Shown here: in pieces, positions 8,697 to 16,455 of the stretch
Position numbering within the stretch: position 1 is the first letter of the stretch
Layout: each line of letters begins with the position of its first letter
Virus record (IMG/VR): IMGVR_UViG_3300030330_000808
Span: 1 to 31,599 of that record
Source: a virus
Taxonomy: Duplodnaviria; Caudoviricetes
Strand: one strand, 5' to 3'
DNA length: 31,599 nucleotides
Translations under genes and position numbers: made by a program
Notes under the pieces: generated by a model
What the model was told of the DNA's origin: nothing
What the model saw: only the letters and a program-made list of their open reading frames with translations
Databases searched by the model: none

Positions 8697-9128
8697 ATGA
8701 AAATTGCTCTTATAAGTTGTGTTAAAACTAAAATAAAAACAAATAAATTAATTAAAGCAAATCAATTATATAATAGTGATTTATTTAAAAAATCATTAAA
8801 ATATTGTTTAAAAAACTACGATAAAACTTATATTTTATCCGCAAAATACGGTTTATTAGAAACAAATGAGATGGTATTTTATTACGAAAAAACATTAAAT
8901 AAGATGAGTAAAAACGATAAAGAAAAATGGTATAAAAAAGTAACTACACAATTAAAAAAAAAAATAAACAAAAATGATATAATATATTATCATTGCGGTA
9001 ACAACTATAGAAAAGGATTAATTGATAAATTAAAAAATACTTATTACATTCCTTTAGAGGGTATTAGTTTTGGTAATCAATTAAAATTTTATAAAGAACA
9101 ATTAAATAATCAAATAAAATTATTATAA
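8697..9128 (+). CDS. DUF6884-like / YaaA-like protein
   Basis: ISCVKTK..A.QLY.S.LF..ILSAKYGLL..YEKTL..GNNY..PL.G..G.QL pattern. Confidence 0.65.
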   Translation: MKIALISCVKTKIKTNKLIKANQLYNSDLFKKSLKYCLKNYDKTYILSAKYGLLETNEMVFYYEKTLNKMSKNDKEKWYKKVTTQLKKKINKNDIIYYHCGNNYRKGLIDKLKNTYYIPLEGISFGNQLKFYKEQLNNQIKLL

Positions 9129-9574
9129 TGTATATATCAACAAAAATATTCGATAATTATAGTGTTGCATTAAGACAGCATAAAGCACAGCATAGTCATT
9201 GTAAATTACTTCACGGTTATGCTTTAAAATTTAAAGTATGGTTTACTACAAAAGAACTTGATGATATGAATTGGGTTGTTGATTTTGGTGGCTTTGGACA
9301 CATGGGGCTAAAAGATTGGATGAACGATATGTTTGACCACACTTTACTAATAGAAAAAGACGACCCTTATTTAGACTTCTTTCAATCTGCAGCAATGGAA
9401 GGATTATGTAAATTACAAGTCATGGATAAAATGGGTTGTGAAAGTCTTGCAAAATTAGTATTTGATAAATTTAATGATACACTAAGTAAACAAGACGGGG
9501 CAAGGTGTAGAGTAATAAAAGTAGAAGTATTTGAAAACAATAAAAACAGTGCAATATATGAAGCGGATAAATGA
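9128..9574 (+). CDS. queD: 6-carboxytetrahydropterin synthase
   Basis: HCKLLHGY, WVVDFG, FDHT, GCESLA, EVFE motifs. Confidence 0.9.
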   Translation: MYISTKIFDNYSVALRQHKAQHSHCKLLHGYALKFKVWFTTKELDDMNWVVDFGGFGHMGLKDWMNDMFDHTLLIEKDDPYLDFFQSAAMEGLCKLQVMDKMGCESLAKLVFDKFNDTLSKQDGARCRVIKVEVFENNKNSAIYEADK

Positions 9575-10328
9575 TTATAATAAAAGGCTTCCGATTTTAG
9601 AGTTGTATAGATGCGTACAATCAGAGGGCTCAAGGTTTGGTAGACCCACAATAGCGATAAGAACTACTGGATGCACTCATAGATGTTATTTCGGAGAGGG
9701 AGGGTGGTGTGATTCATGGTACACATCAATCCATCCTGAAAAAGGAATTTATTGTTTTAACGATATAATTAAAATATATAAAGATAATCCTCATGTTAGA
9801 GAAATGATGCTAACTGGAGGCTCACCGACAATGCATCCAGCTTTAGTAAACGAATTAACACACTTTGCAAATGAGAAAGGTATTCTAATCACTATTGAAA
9901 CTGAGGGCTCACATTTTTTATCAACTGATTATCCTATTGGGCTAATTAGTCTCAGTCCTAAGTTTAACAATACTGTTCCTATTTTGGGCGCTATGACACC
10001 AGCTGGCAAACAAACAGATGAGCGTATGATAAAACAGCACAACAAATTAAGACTAAATTACGAAGCAATACGTTTAACTCTAGACTATCACACAGACTAT
10101 CATTTTAAACCAGTATGGAATGGTACTGATGAAAATTTGCAAGAAATTGAAACATTTAGAGTTAAAATGAATATACCAAAAGATAAAACATTTATAATGC
10201 CATCCGGCGCAACAAGAAAACAACTAATTAAAATGTATCCAAAAGTGTTTGAGATGGTTGCTAGAGAGGGCTATAACATGAGCGGTAGAGGTCATATAAT
10301 AGCATATGACGAGGATAGATATGTATAA
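9558..10328 (+). CDS. queE: 7-carboxy-7-deazaguanine synthase (radical SAM)
   Basis: VQSEG..GRP..IRTTGC, WCDS, LTGGSP, IETEG, SLSPK; ATG 9558 is the likely start. Confidence 0.92.
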   Translation: MKRINDYNKRLPILELYRCVQSEGSRFGRPTIAIRTTGCTHRCYFGEGGWCDSWYTSIHPEKGIYCFNDIIKIYKDNPHVREMMLTGGSPTMHPALVNELTHFANEKGILITIETEGSHFLSTDYPIGLISLSPKFNNTVPILGAMTPAGKQTDERMIKQHNKLRLNYEAIRLTLDYHTDYHFKPVWNGTDENLQEIETFRVKMNIPKDKTFIMPSGATRKQLIKMYPKVFEMVAREGYNMSGRGHIIAYDEDRYV

Positions 10329-10343
10329 TTAAAATTAAATTTT

Positions 10344-10775
10344 ATGATAGAACTACCTTACTTTAAATTTTTTCCTAACCAATGGTTAACTGGAACGATA
10401 TCATTTATGGAATTAGATTTGCAGGGTGCATATATTAGAGTATGTTGTTATTACTGGAGTAAAAATTGTGAAGTGCCATTAGAACAGCTTAAAATGATTA
10501 TACCTAACCATTACCAACAATTAATAGACTTAAACCTATTTAAAATTGTAAAAGGTAAAATTAAAATTAAATTTCTTGATGAACAATATGAGCAGTTTAA
10601 AAAGCGCAGTAAAATTAATGCAGCCAATGGAAGTAAGGGTGGCAAAGCAAAAGCAAACGCCACAAAGTCGCCAAGCATTAATAAAAGAAAAGATAATAAA
10701 ATAAAAGATAATTATGCTAATGACAATCTTTTAAGGGTGAGTGACGATGTTAAAAAACTACTTACCAATGATTGA
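10344..10775 (+). CDS. replication initiator, DUF1376/YdaU-like
   Basis: LPYFKFFP..WL.G..QGAY..CCYYW N-terminus, NGSKGGKAK linker; upstream of helicase. Confidence 0.75.
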   Translation: MIELPYFKFFPNQWLTGTISFMELDLQGAYIRVCCYYWSKNCEVPLEQLKMIIPNHYQQLIDLNLFKIVKGKIKIKFLDEQYEQFKKRSKINAANGSKGGKAKANATKSPSINKRKDNKIKDNYANDNLLRVSDDVKKLLTND

Positions 10776-11664
10776 AGAAGATAAAAAAGCATTAAAATAT
10801 TTAATTGCCTATAAAGAAGGCAAGATTAAACAAGGTCTTGGAATTAATTTACCTACTTTAGATAAGCACTTTGTATTAAAGAAAGCTTCATTTAATGTGC
10901 TATTAGGCTTAGATAATGTTGGCAAGACTTACTGGCTGTTATGGTATTTAGTTTGTCAAGCTAAAATAAACAACAAGAAATCCATTATTTGGAGTGGTGA
11001 AAATAGAAGTGGTCAATTAAAAAGAGATATTATTCAAATATGGCTTGGTCAAAAGTTTAATGAACTTAACAAAAATAAAATTGCATTTTACAATAAAGAA
11101 GTTAGCAAATATTTTAAGTTTATAGACAATGCAAAGATGTATAGCCACAGAGAATTATTAAACATATTCTATGATACTGATGCAGATATTTGTGTAATAG
11201 ATCCTTATACTGGTTTAAACCATCCAAGAAACATTGCACAATTTGAAAGAAACTATATGATTTGTAATGACATTAGAGAATTTTGCAATAAGAGTGGTAA
11301 AAGTATTTTTGTTTGCATTCATCCAATGACTGAAGCAGCAAGAAGAGTATATCCAGCAGACCATATTTTAAATGGCCACATACAGACACCGAGAAAAGCT
11401 GATTGCGAAGGTGGGCAAGTATATCCAAATAGATGTGATAATTTGCTTGTTGGACATAGATTAATATCTCATCCTAAGTTATGGATGATAACTGAAATAT
11501 CAGTGCTTAAAATAAAGGACAAAGAAACTGGTGGTGAACCTACAATGATTAATGAACCATTAAGGTTTGATTACAATAATGGATTAGGTTTTGAACTTGG
11601 TGGTGTTAATCCTTTGAATGCACAAGTAGATAGTTTAGATGATGAATTAGATATATTTGATTAA
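10768..11664 (+). CDS. DnaB-like (SF4) replicative helicase
   Basis: Walker A GLDNVGKT, SGEN, Walker B VIDPY, HP and KIKD..TGG motifs. Confidence 0.85.
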   Translation: MIEEDKKALKYLIAYKEGKIKQGLGINLPTLDKHFVLKKASFNVLLGLDNVGKTYWLLWYLVCQAKINNKKSIIWSGENRSGQLKRDIIQIWLGQKFNELNKNKIAFYNKEVSKYFKFIDNAKMYSHRELLNIFYDTDADICVIDPYTGLNHPRNIAQFERNYMICNDIREFCNKSGKSIFVCIHPMTEAARRVYPADHILNGHIQTPRKADCEGGQVYPNRCDNLLVGHRLISHPKLWMITEISVLKIKDKETGGEPTMINEPLRFDYNNGLGFELGGVNPLNAQVDSLDDELDIFD

Positions 11665-11927
11665 TGGATCAATTAAAAGCAATAGAATATAAAAACCAGT
11701 TTCACATTCTTGTGTTAAAAGCCAAAGAGCAAAGCAAGACTAAGAAGCAATTAGAAAGCCTTAGAATACTAACTGAAACACTTGAATATATTAATGAGTT
11801 ACACAACTACACTGAAGCTGTGGAGTATGAAATAAGACAGCTAAAAGCACAAAACAGCAAGACAATGTTAGACAATGCTTTATTAAAAAAAAAGGTTAAA
11901 GAGTTAAAAGAGTTTTTAAATGACTGA
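11664..11927 (+). CDS. hypothetical coiled-coil protein
   Basis: ORF track, coupled to helicase. Confidence 0.7.
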   Translation: MDQLKAIEYKNQFHILVLKAKEQSKTKKQLESLRILTETLEYINELHNYTEAVEYEIRQLKAQNSKTMLDNALLKKKVKELKEFLND

Positions 11928-12006
11928 AGTATATATATTAATATCATTAGGCTACATTATCTGCTTTGTGTTTGGTGTATTAGCTGGAATGAAAATAAAT
12001 GAATAA
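11920..12006 (+). CDS. small TM peptide (28 aa)
   Basis: MTEVYILISLGYIICFVFGVLAGMKINE*. Confidence 0.45.
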   Translation: MTEVYILISLGYIICFVFGVLAGMKINE

Positions 12007-12097
12007 TTTGGTAGGTGAGTGGTTATTAACATCATTAAATGAATAGTAAATCGGAAAGACTCAACCAACTATTCAGCCAAATTTTAAAACAATAAAT

Positions 12098-12241
12098 ATG
12101 AATAAACAATTAAATAAAATAGCTCAAAAAATGTTTGGAGTTAATTATAATCAACTTGGAATATTTGGAAAATGGGAAGTTGAGGATAAATTAAAAGAAT
12201 TAAAATCAAAAGAAGATGAATGCAAAACAAAAAGGCAATAG
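12098..12241 (+). CDS. small hypothetical protein (47 aa)
   Basis: MNKQLNKIAQKMFGVNYNQLG...; A-rich leader. Confidence 0.5.
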   Translation: MNKQLNKIAQKMFGVNYNQLGIFGKWEVEDKLKELKSKEDECKTKRQ

Positions 12242-12563
12242 ATTTGAAAGACAAGTTGCCAAACAAATCAATAAGAAGTTTGAAACCAATGTTAGAAGAA
12301 CACCATTAAGTGGTGGTATGAATTTTAAAGGTGATATTATCTGCATTGATGATAACAGCATAATAAGTGAATTTAGTTTTGAATGTAAGAACCAAGAAAA
12401 GCTAAACATTTGGAAGGCACTTGAGCAGTCAAGAAATGATGCACCACAAAGAACAATGCCAGTAGTGGTATTTACTAAGAACTTTGAAAGAGAATATATA
12501 GCTTTAGAATTTGAGGATTTCTTAAACATATTAAAAGAATTGGAGGATTTAAGAAATGAATGA
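12216..12563 (+). CDS. Holliday junction resolvase (Hjc-like)
   Basis: KQKGNRFERQVA, PLSGG, GDI, FECKN motifs. Confidence 0.85.
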   Translation: MNAKQKGNRFERQVAKQINKKFETNVRRTPLSGGMNFKGDIICIDDNSIISEFSFECKNQEKLNIWKALEQSRNDAPQRTMPVVVFTKNFEREYIALEFEDFLNILKELEDLRNE

Positions 12564-12900
12564 AGTATTAAACAAAATAGCAACCATCATAGAACAATAC
12601 AATGAAACAAGTATAATGGATGGCAAGACATTAAACAAGCAACTTAAAGAACTTACAGCCAGTCTGTATTATATAGAAACAATTAGAACCAAAGCTCACC
12701 AAGACTATGAAACTGTAATTCACAACAAAGTGGCTGAAGGCTTTAGTGTAGCAAGAGCAACCAATGAAGCAAATGTTGAAGTGCCTGAAATGTACAGACT
12801 TCGCAGATTGCTTGAAAGTGGTTACAGAGTATGTGATGCAATGAGGACAAATATAAGCTTCTTAAAAAGTGAAATACATAATGTAGAAAAAAATTATTAA
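12556..12900 (+). CDS. hypothetical helical protein
   Basis: ORF track. Confidence 0.7.
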   Translation: MNEVLNKIATIIEQYNETSIMDGKTLNKQLKELTASLYYIETIRTKAHQDYETVIHNKVAEGFSVARATNEANVEVPEMYRLRRLLESGYRVCDAMRTNISFLKSEIHNVEKNY

Positions 12901-12909
12901 TTTTGTAAT

Positions 12910-13398
12910 ATGTCGCCAGTACAGATCAATACACTTAAAAACTATATTGAAAATATTGGCAAACATTACAATGTACCTTACCTTGATGATTATGTTCAAG
13001 AGGTATTTTTAGCATTGTTTGAAAAAGGTGATGATTTTATACTTGAGCTACAGGCAAATGATAAGCTGAAAGCATACATTTATAAAGTGTCAATATATCA
13101 ATTGCTAAGTGTTAACAGTCCTTATTATAGGACTTACATACTACCTAATTCATTTAATAGTTTAAATGGCTTAGAAACATACAAGAATGAATGCTTTAAA
13201 GAAGAAAAGCTTCAAGACCTGGTAAATAGTTTAGATGGCATTGATAAGATACTATTGCAACAATTGATAGAATGTAGAGGTATAAGAACAATATTTGCTA
13301 AAAAGAGTAAAATACATTATACTTCATTATTAAAAATGATAGATAGATTAACAAAAAAAATTAAAGAAAATTGGCAAATAAATGAATTTTACGGATGA
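12910..13398 (+). CDS. ECF-type sigma-70-like factor
   Basis: Region-2-like DDYVQEVFLALFE..LKAYIYKV and region-4-like C-terminal HTH. Confidence 0.7.
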   Translation: MSPVQINTLKNYIENIGKHYNVPYLDDYVQEVFLALFEKGDDFILELQANDKLKAYIYKVSIYQLLSVNSPYYRTYILPNSFNSLNGLETYKNECFKEEKLQDLVNSLDGIDKILLQQLIECRGIRTIFAKKSKIHYTSLLKMIDRLTKKIKENWQINEFYG

Positions 13399-13606
13399 TA
13401 TTATTTGTATATTTGTGATCATTAGTTTTGCAACAACATTTGTTGATTACTTTGTTCCAATGGTTAGATGGTTAGACTTTAAGCCATTCAACTGTTCTTT
13501 CTGCTTGTCCTTCTGGGCAAGTCTTTTTTCATATGTTTTGTTTTGTGGTGTGGCTGTAATGGTCACACCTTTATTATTAAGAATTATAGAAAGGAGATTA
13601 CTATGA
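13382..13606 (+). CDS. small membrane protein with CxxC (KPFNCSFCLSFW)
   Basis: ORF track, hydrophobic. Confidence 0.65.
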   Translation: MNFTDDIICIFVIISFATTFVDYFVPMVRWLDFKPFNCSFCLSFWASLFSYVLFCGVAVMVTPLLLRIIERRLL

Positions 13607-13887
13607 CTGTAAATGAAATTATATTAACTTACAAGAAGGTTAAAGCATTGCCTTCTAAATGCCATTTAAATTGGCTTAAAGACAACTTCAATCCTATATT
13701 AAAGCAATTAGATAGGAACATAAATATTAACTGGGCTTGTTCTAACTGTATGAGAAACTATATGAATATGCTTGTAGGTTGGTATGATAGGCAACAAGCA
13801 GAGATTAAAAAACAAGAGGCTATTAAGAAAGCTGAACAAATAAAACCTAAAAAGAAAAGAAGTGCCAAAAAACAAGTTAAGAAATAA
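13603..13887 (+). CDS. hypothetical protein with CxxC and basic tail
   Basis: ATGA overlap at 13603; WACSNCMR. Confidence 0.65.
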   Translation: MTVNEIILTYKKVKALPSKCHLNWLKDNFNPILKQLDRNININWACSNCMRNYMNMLVGWYDRQQAEIKKQEAIKKAEQIKPKKKRSAKKQVKK

Positions 13888-14068
13888 GATCACTTATGGC
13901 TATTATGTTGATGAGGATGGATTGTATTTTAAGTCTGAAGAAGATGGTAAGATACTTGAAACCTTTGACATCAATGGTGTAGCTTCAGTTAGCTTAGAAT
14001 TTGGTGAAATTAATATATTACATTTATGCTATATAACAAATGATGATGAACTGGATGAACAATTTTGA
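13862..14068 (+). CDS. hypothetical protein
   Basis: ORF track, GTG start. Confidence 0.55.
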   Translation: MPKNKLRNKITYGYYVDEDGLYFKSEEDGKILETFDINGVASVSLEFGEINILHLCYITNDDELDEQF

Positions 14069-14216
14069 TGAAGAAATAATGAAAAGAAGATTAACATATA
14101 AAGGACAAAAGGTTTACATTAAACACTTGACCAGTAAATATGCATTGGTAAGCCATAGCAATACTGGTGGTAAGAAGTTTAAAGTAGATACTAAAGACCT
14201 TGCTGATATTGAATGA
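14055..14216 (+). CDS. small hypothetical protein (53 aa)
   Basis: MNNFDEEIMKRRLTYKGQKVYIK...; ATGA overlap with next gene. Confidence 0.55.
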   Translation: MNNFDEEIMKRRLTYKGQKVYIKHLTSKYALVSHSNTGGKKFKVDTKDLADIE

Positions 14217-14470
14217 AACTAACTGCTAAAGAAATAAAAGAGCAAAAAGAGAAGTTTGGCAGTAAAGCAGTCAATACATTTGTTTTGTATATGGCTATGA
14301 AACAAAGACTAAGATACTTGCCTGATAGTTTTATTTTAAATGTAATTAGTAACAGTGAACCTTTGCCAGTTGATCAACATACTACAACAAGAATTAAAAG
14401 AAAGGACAAAAGGCAAATTCAAAAGCAGTTGGCTAATAGCTCAATTGCAAGTAATAGAAGAAAGCAATAG
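14213..14470 (+). CDS. hypothetical protein
   Basis: ORF track. Confidence 0.55.
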   Translation: MKLTAKEIKEQKEKFGSKAVNTFVLYMAMKQRLRYLPDSFILNVISNSEPLPVDQHTTTRIKRKDKRQIQKQLANSSIASNRRKQ

Positions 14471-14558
14471 AGAATATCCAAAATGGGTTAAAGACTTAAT
14501 TAAGGAATATGAAAATAAGCAGCTACCAAAGATTAAAACAAAAAAAAATAAAAGCTGA
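14355..14558 (+). CDS. hypothetical protein overlapping the previous ORF
   Basis: ORF track, GTG start; plausible helical sequence. Confidence 0.4.
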   Translation: MNLCQLINILQQELKERTKGKFKSSWLIAQLQVIEESNREYPKWVKDLIKEYENKQLPKIKTKKNKS

Positions 14559-14664
14559 AAAAGAACTGGAGCATATTAAAGATGACTTAGAAGCTATTAT
14601 ATTAAGACCATATAGCAGCAGAGCAAAAAATGTAAGAGCAGAAATAAAACTAAAGTATGAGTAA
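14509..14664 (+). CDS. small hypothetical protein (51 aa)
   Basis: MKISSYQRLKQKKIKAEKELEHIK...; fills the gap before terS. Confidence 0.5.
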   Translation: MKISSYQRLKQKKIKAEKELEHIKDDLEAIILRPYSSRAKNVRAEIKLKYE

Positions 14665-15136
14665 AAAACTAACACCTAAGCAAAGAAAATTCTGTGAGGA
14701 ATATGTAACTACCGGCAATGGTAGTGAAGCTTATAGAAGGGCTTATGATGTTAGACCAAATACAAGTTTAGATACTATAAAAGTCAACTCAAGTAAGTTG
14801 TTAGCAGATACTAACATATTACTAACTATTCAAGAGCTACAAAAACAACAAGCTGAGAAGTTTGAAATTACCAGGTCTGATGTTGCTAAAGGCTATCTTG
14901 AAATCATACAGGCTTGGAGATCATTAATGCAATTAGCAAGTAAAGAAGAACTAACTAAGGATGAAAAGCAGAAGTTTTATTTGCTTAAAGAAATGGTTAA
15001 AGGCTCAGATTATCGTGGTGCTTATGATAGTCTTGCAAAGATGTTTGGATTAAATGAACCTGACAAAACACAAATAGACCAAACCATTCGTGAAATACAA
15101 GTTGTAATAAACAGAAATGGAAGAACTGACCATTGA
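14657..15136 (+). CDS. terS: terminase small subunit
   Basis: LTPKQRKFCEEY..GNGSEAYRRAY motif; directly before terL. Confidence 0.9.
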   Translation: MSKKLTPKQRKFCEEYVTTGNGSEAYRRAYDVRPNTSLDTIKVNSSKLLADTNILLTIQELQKQQAEKFEITRSDVAKGYLEIIQAWRSLMQLASKEELTKDEKQKFYLLKEMVKGSDYRGAYDSLAKMFGLNEPDKTQIDQTIREIQVVINRNGRTDH

Positions 15137-16313
15137 TTGCACTGAGATATTTGAACGCAACTATGATACTAATAAAAAGATTGTAGTAAATAGAGGTGGC
15201 ACAAGATCAAGCAAAACATACTCCATAAACCAACTATGTGCATTGTGGCTAATTACTGGCAACTATGGTGAAGGTCAATACCTATATGAAGGTGTTTGGA
15301 CATCTGTGAGGAAATATAGAACCAATCTTGATGGCACAATAATAAGAGACTTCATAGAGATACTAAAGAATAGCAATTGGTATGATAAGATAGAACACAA
15401 CAAGACCAAGAAAACATTTAAGTTTAGAAATAGGTTAGTTGAATTTATAGGTGCAGATGATCAACAGAAGCTAAGAGGTGCTAAAAGAAACATTCTGTAC
15501 TGCAATGAGGCTAATGAACTTGAATATAAGCAAGAGTTTTTCCAACTACTTATGAGAACAGAAAATAAGATATTTGTTGACTTTAATCCTGATGATGAGC
15601 AAGTATGGATTAACCAAGAGCTTGAAATAAAGAGGTCTAATGAAGTAGGTGATGTTGAGGTTATAGTAAGTAACTACAAAGATAATTCATTCTTGCCTGA
15701 AAGCTTAGTTAAAGAAATAGAATACTTACAGCATACAGATAAAGAATTTTGGAAAATATATGGACTTGGTGAATATGGTAATATAAGTGGTTTAATCTAT
15801 GAGAATGTAAGCTTTGTTGATAAGATGCCTGACTGCAAACTAATAGCTTATGGTCTTGACTTTGGTTATAGTCTTGATCCATCTGCCTGTGTTGGTGTTT
15901 ATAGGTTAGGTGATGAACTTTATTTACAAGAAATACTGTATGAAAAAGGATTAACCAACCAGGACTTAGCTGAAAGGCTTAAACCAATTGTAGGTAGAGC
16001 TGAAGTTATTTGTGATAGTGCTGAACCTAAAAGCATTGAGGAGTTATATAGATTAGGTTTAAACAGTAAACCAGCAGTTAAAGGCAAGGATAGTATTCTA
16101 AATGGTATTGACATTCTTAAAAGGTTTAAGATTAATGTAGTTAATAGCAGTAATTTAAAAAAAGAATTTAGGTCTTATAAATGGGCAACTGACAAATATG
16201 GTAACAGCCTACAGAAGCCCGTTGATAAGTTTAACCACTTGCTGGATGCATTGAGATATGTAGCTTTAATTCATTTAAAACAACATAATCGTGGATGGTA
16301 TGCAATTAGGTAA
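15117..16313 (+). CDS. terL: terminase large subunit (PBSX/SPP1-like)
   Basis: GGTRSSKT, KLRG, CNEANE, DFNP, GLDFGY, CDSAEP, NHLLDALRY. Confidence 0.95.
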   Translation: MEELTIDCTEIFERNYDTNKKIVVNRGGTRSSKTYSINQLCALWLITGNYGEGQYLYEGVWTSVRKYRTNLDGTIIRDFIEILKNSNWYDKIEHNKTKKTFKFRNRLVEFIGADDQQKLRGAKRNILYCNEANELEYKQEFFQLLMRTENKIFVDFNPDDEQVWINQELEIKRSNEVGDVEVIVSNYKDNSFLPESLVKEIEYLQHTDKEFWKIYGLGEYGNISGLIYENVSFVDKMPDCKLIAYGLDFGYSLDPSACVGVYRLGDELYLQEILYEKGLTNQDLAERLKPIVGRAEVICDSAEPKSIEELYRLGLNSKPAVKGKDSILNGIDILKRFKINVVNSSNLKKEFRSYKWATDKYGNSLQKPVDKFNHLLDALRYVALIHLKQHNRGWYAIR

Positions 16314-16334
16314 ATTAATTCTTATCTGTTATTG

Positions 16335-16416
16335 TAGCAAAATTATAGCGTTTGCTTGGCGAACGGTAGCGTTTTGTTTAGCATTAAGATAAGATAAGAA
16401 AAGAAAAGATAAGATA
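16335..16416 (+). repeat. ~11-bp phased T(A/G)GC repeats followed by A(T/A)AAG pentamer repeats
   Basis: T(A/G)GC at 16335, 16346, 16357, 16367, 16379; then TAAGATAAGATAAGAAAAGAAAAGATAAGA. Confidence 0.7.
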
Positions 16417-16422
16417 CTATTG

Positions 16423-16453
16423 TGTAATTATTAAGAAATTTTATATATACTAA
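16423..16453 (+). promoter_or_regulatory. candidate late promoter TGTAAT-N11-TTTATATATACTAA
   Basis: Near-identical motif at 25344-25375; both precede structural genes. Confidence 0.45.
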
Positions 16454-16455
16454 AT

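Noticed and set aside
12898-12905. TAATTTTG matching the Bacteroidota -7 promoter element before the sigma gene
   Set aside because: No TTTG -33 element at proper spacing; could be chance in AT-rich DNA.
14213-14558. Possible frameshift joining overlapping ORFs 14213 and 14355
   Set aside because: No convincing slippery sequence in the overlap; both have their own potential starts.
16386-16416. Pentamer repeats as a CRISPR array
   Set aside because: Units far too short, no spacers, no cas genes.
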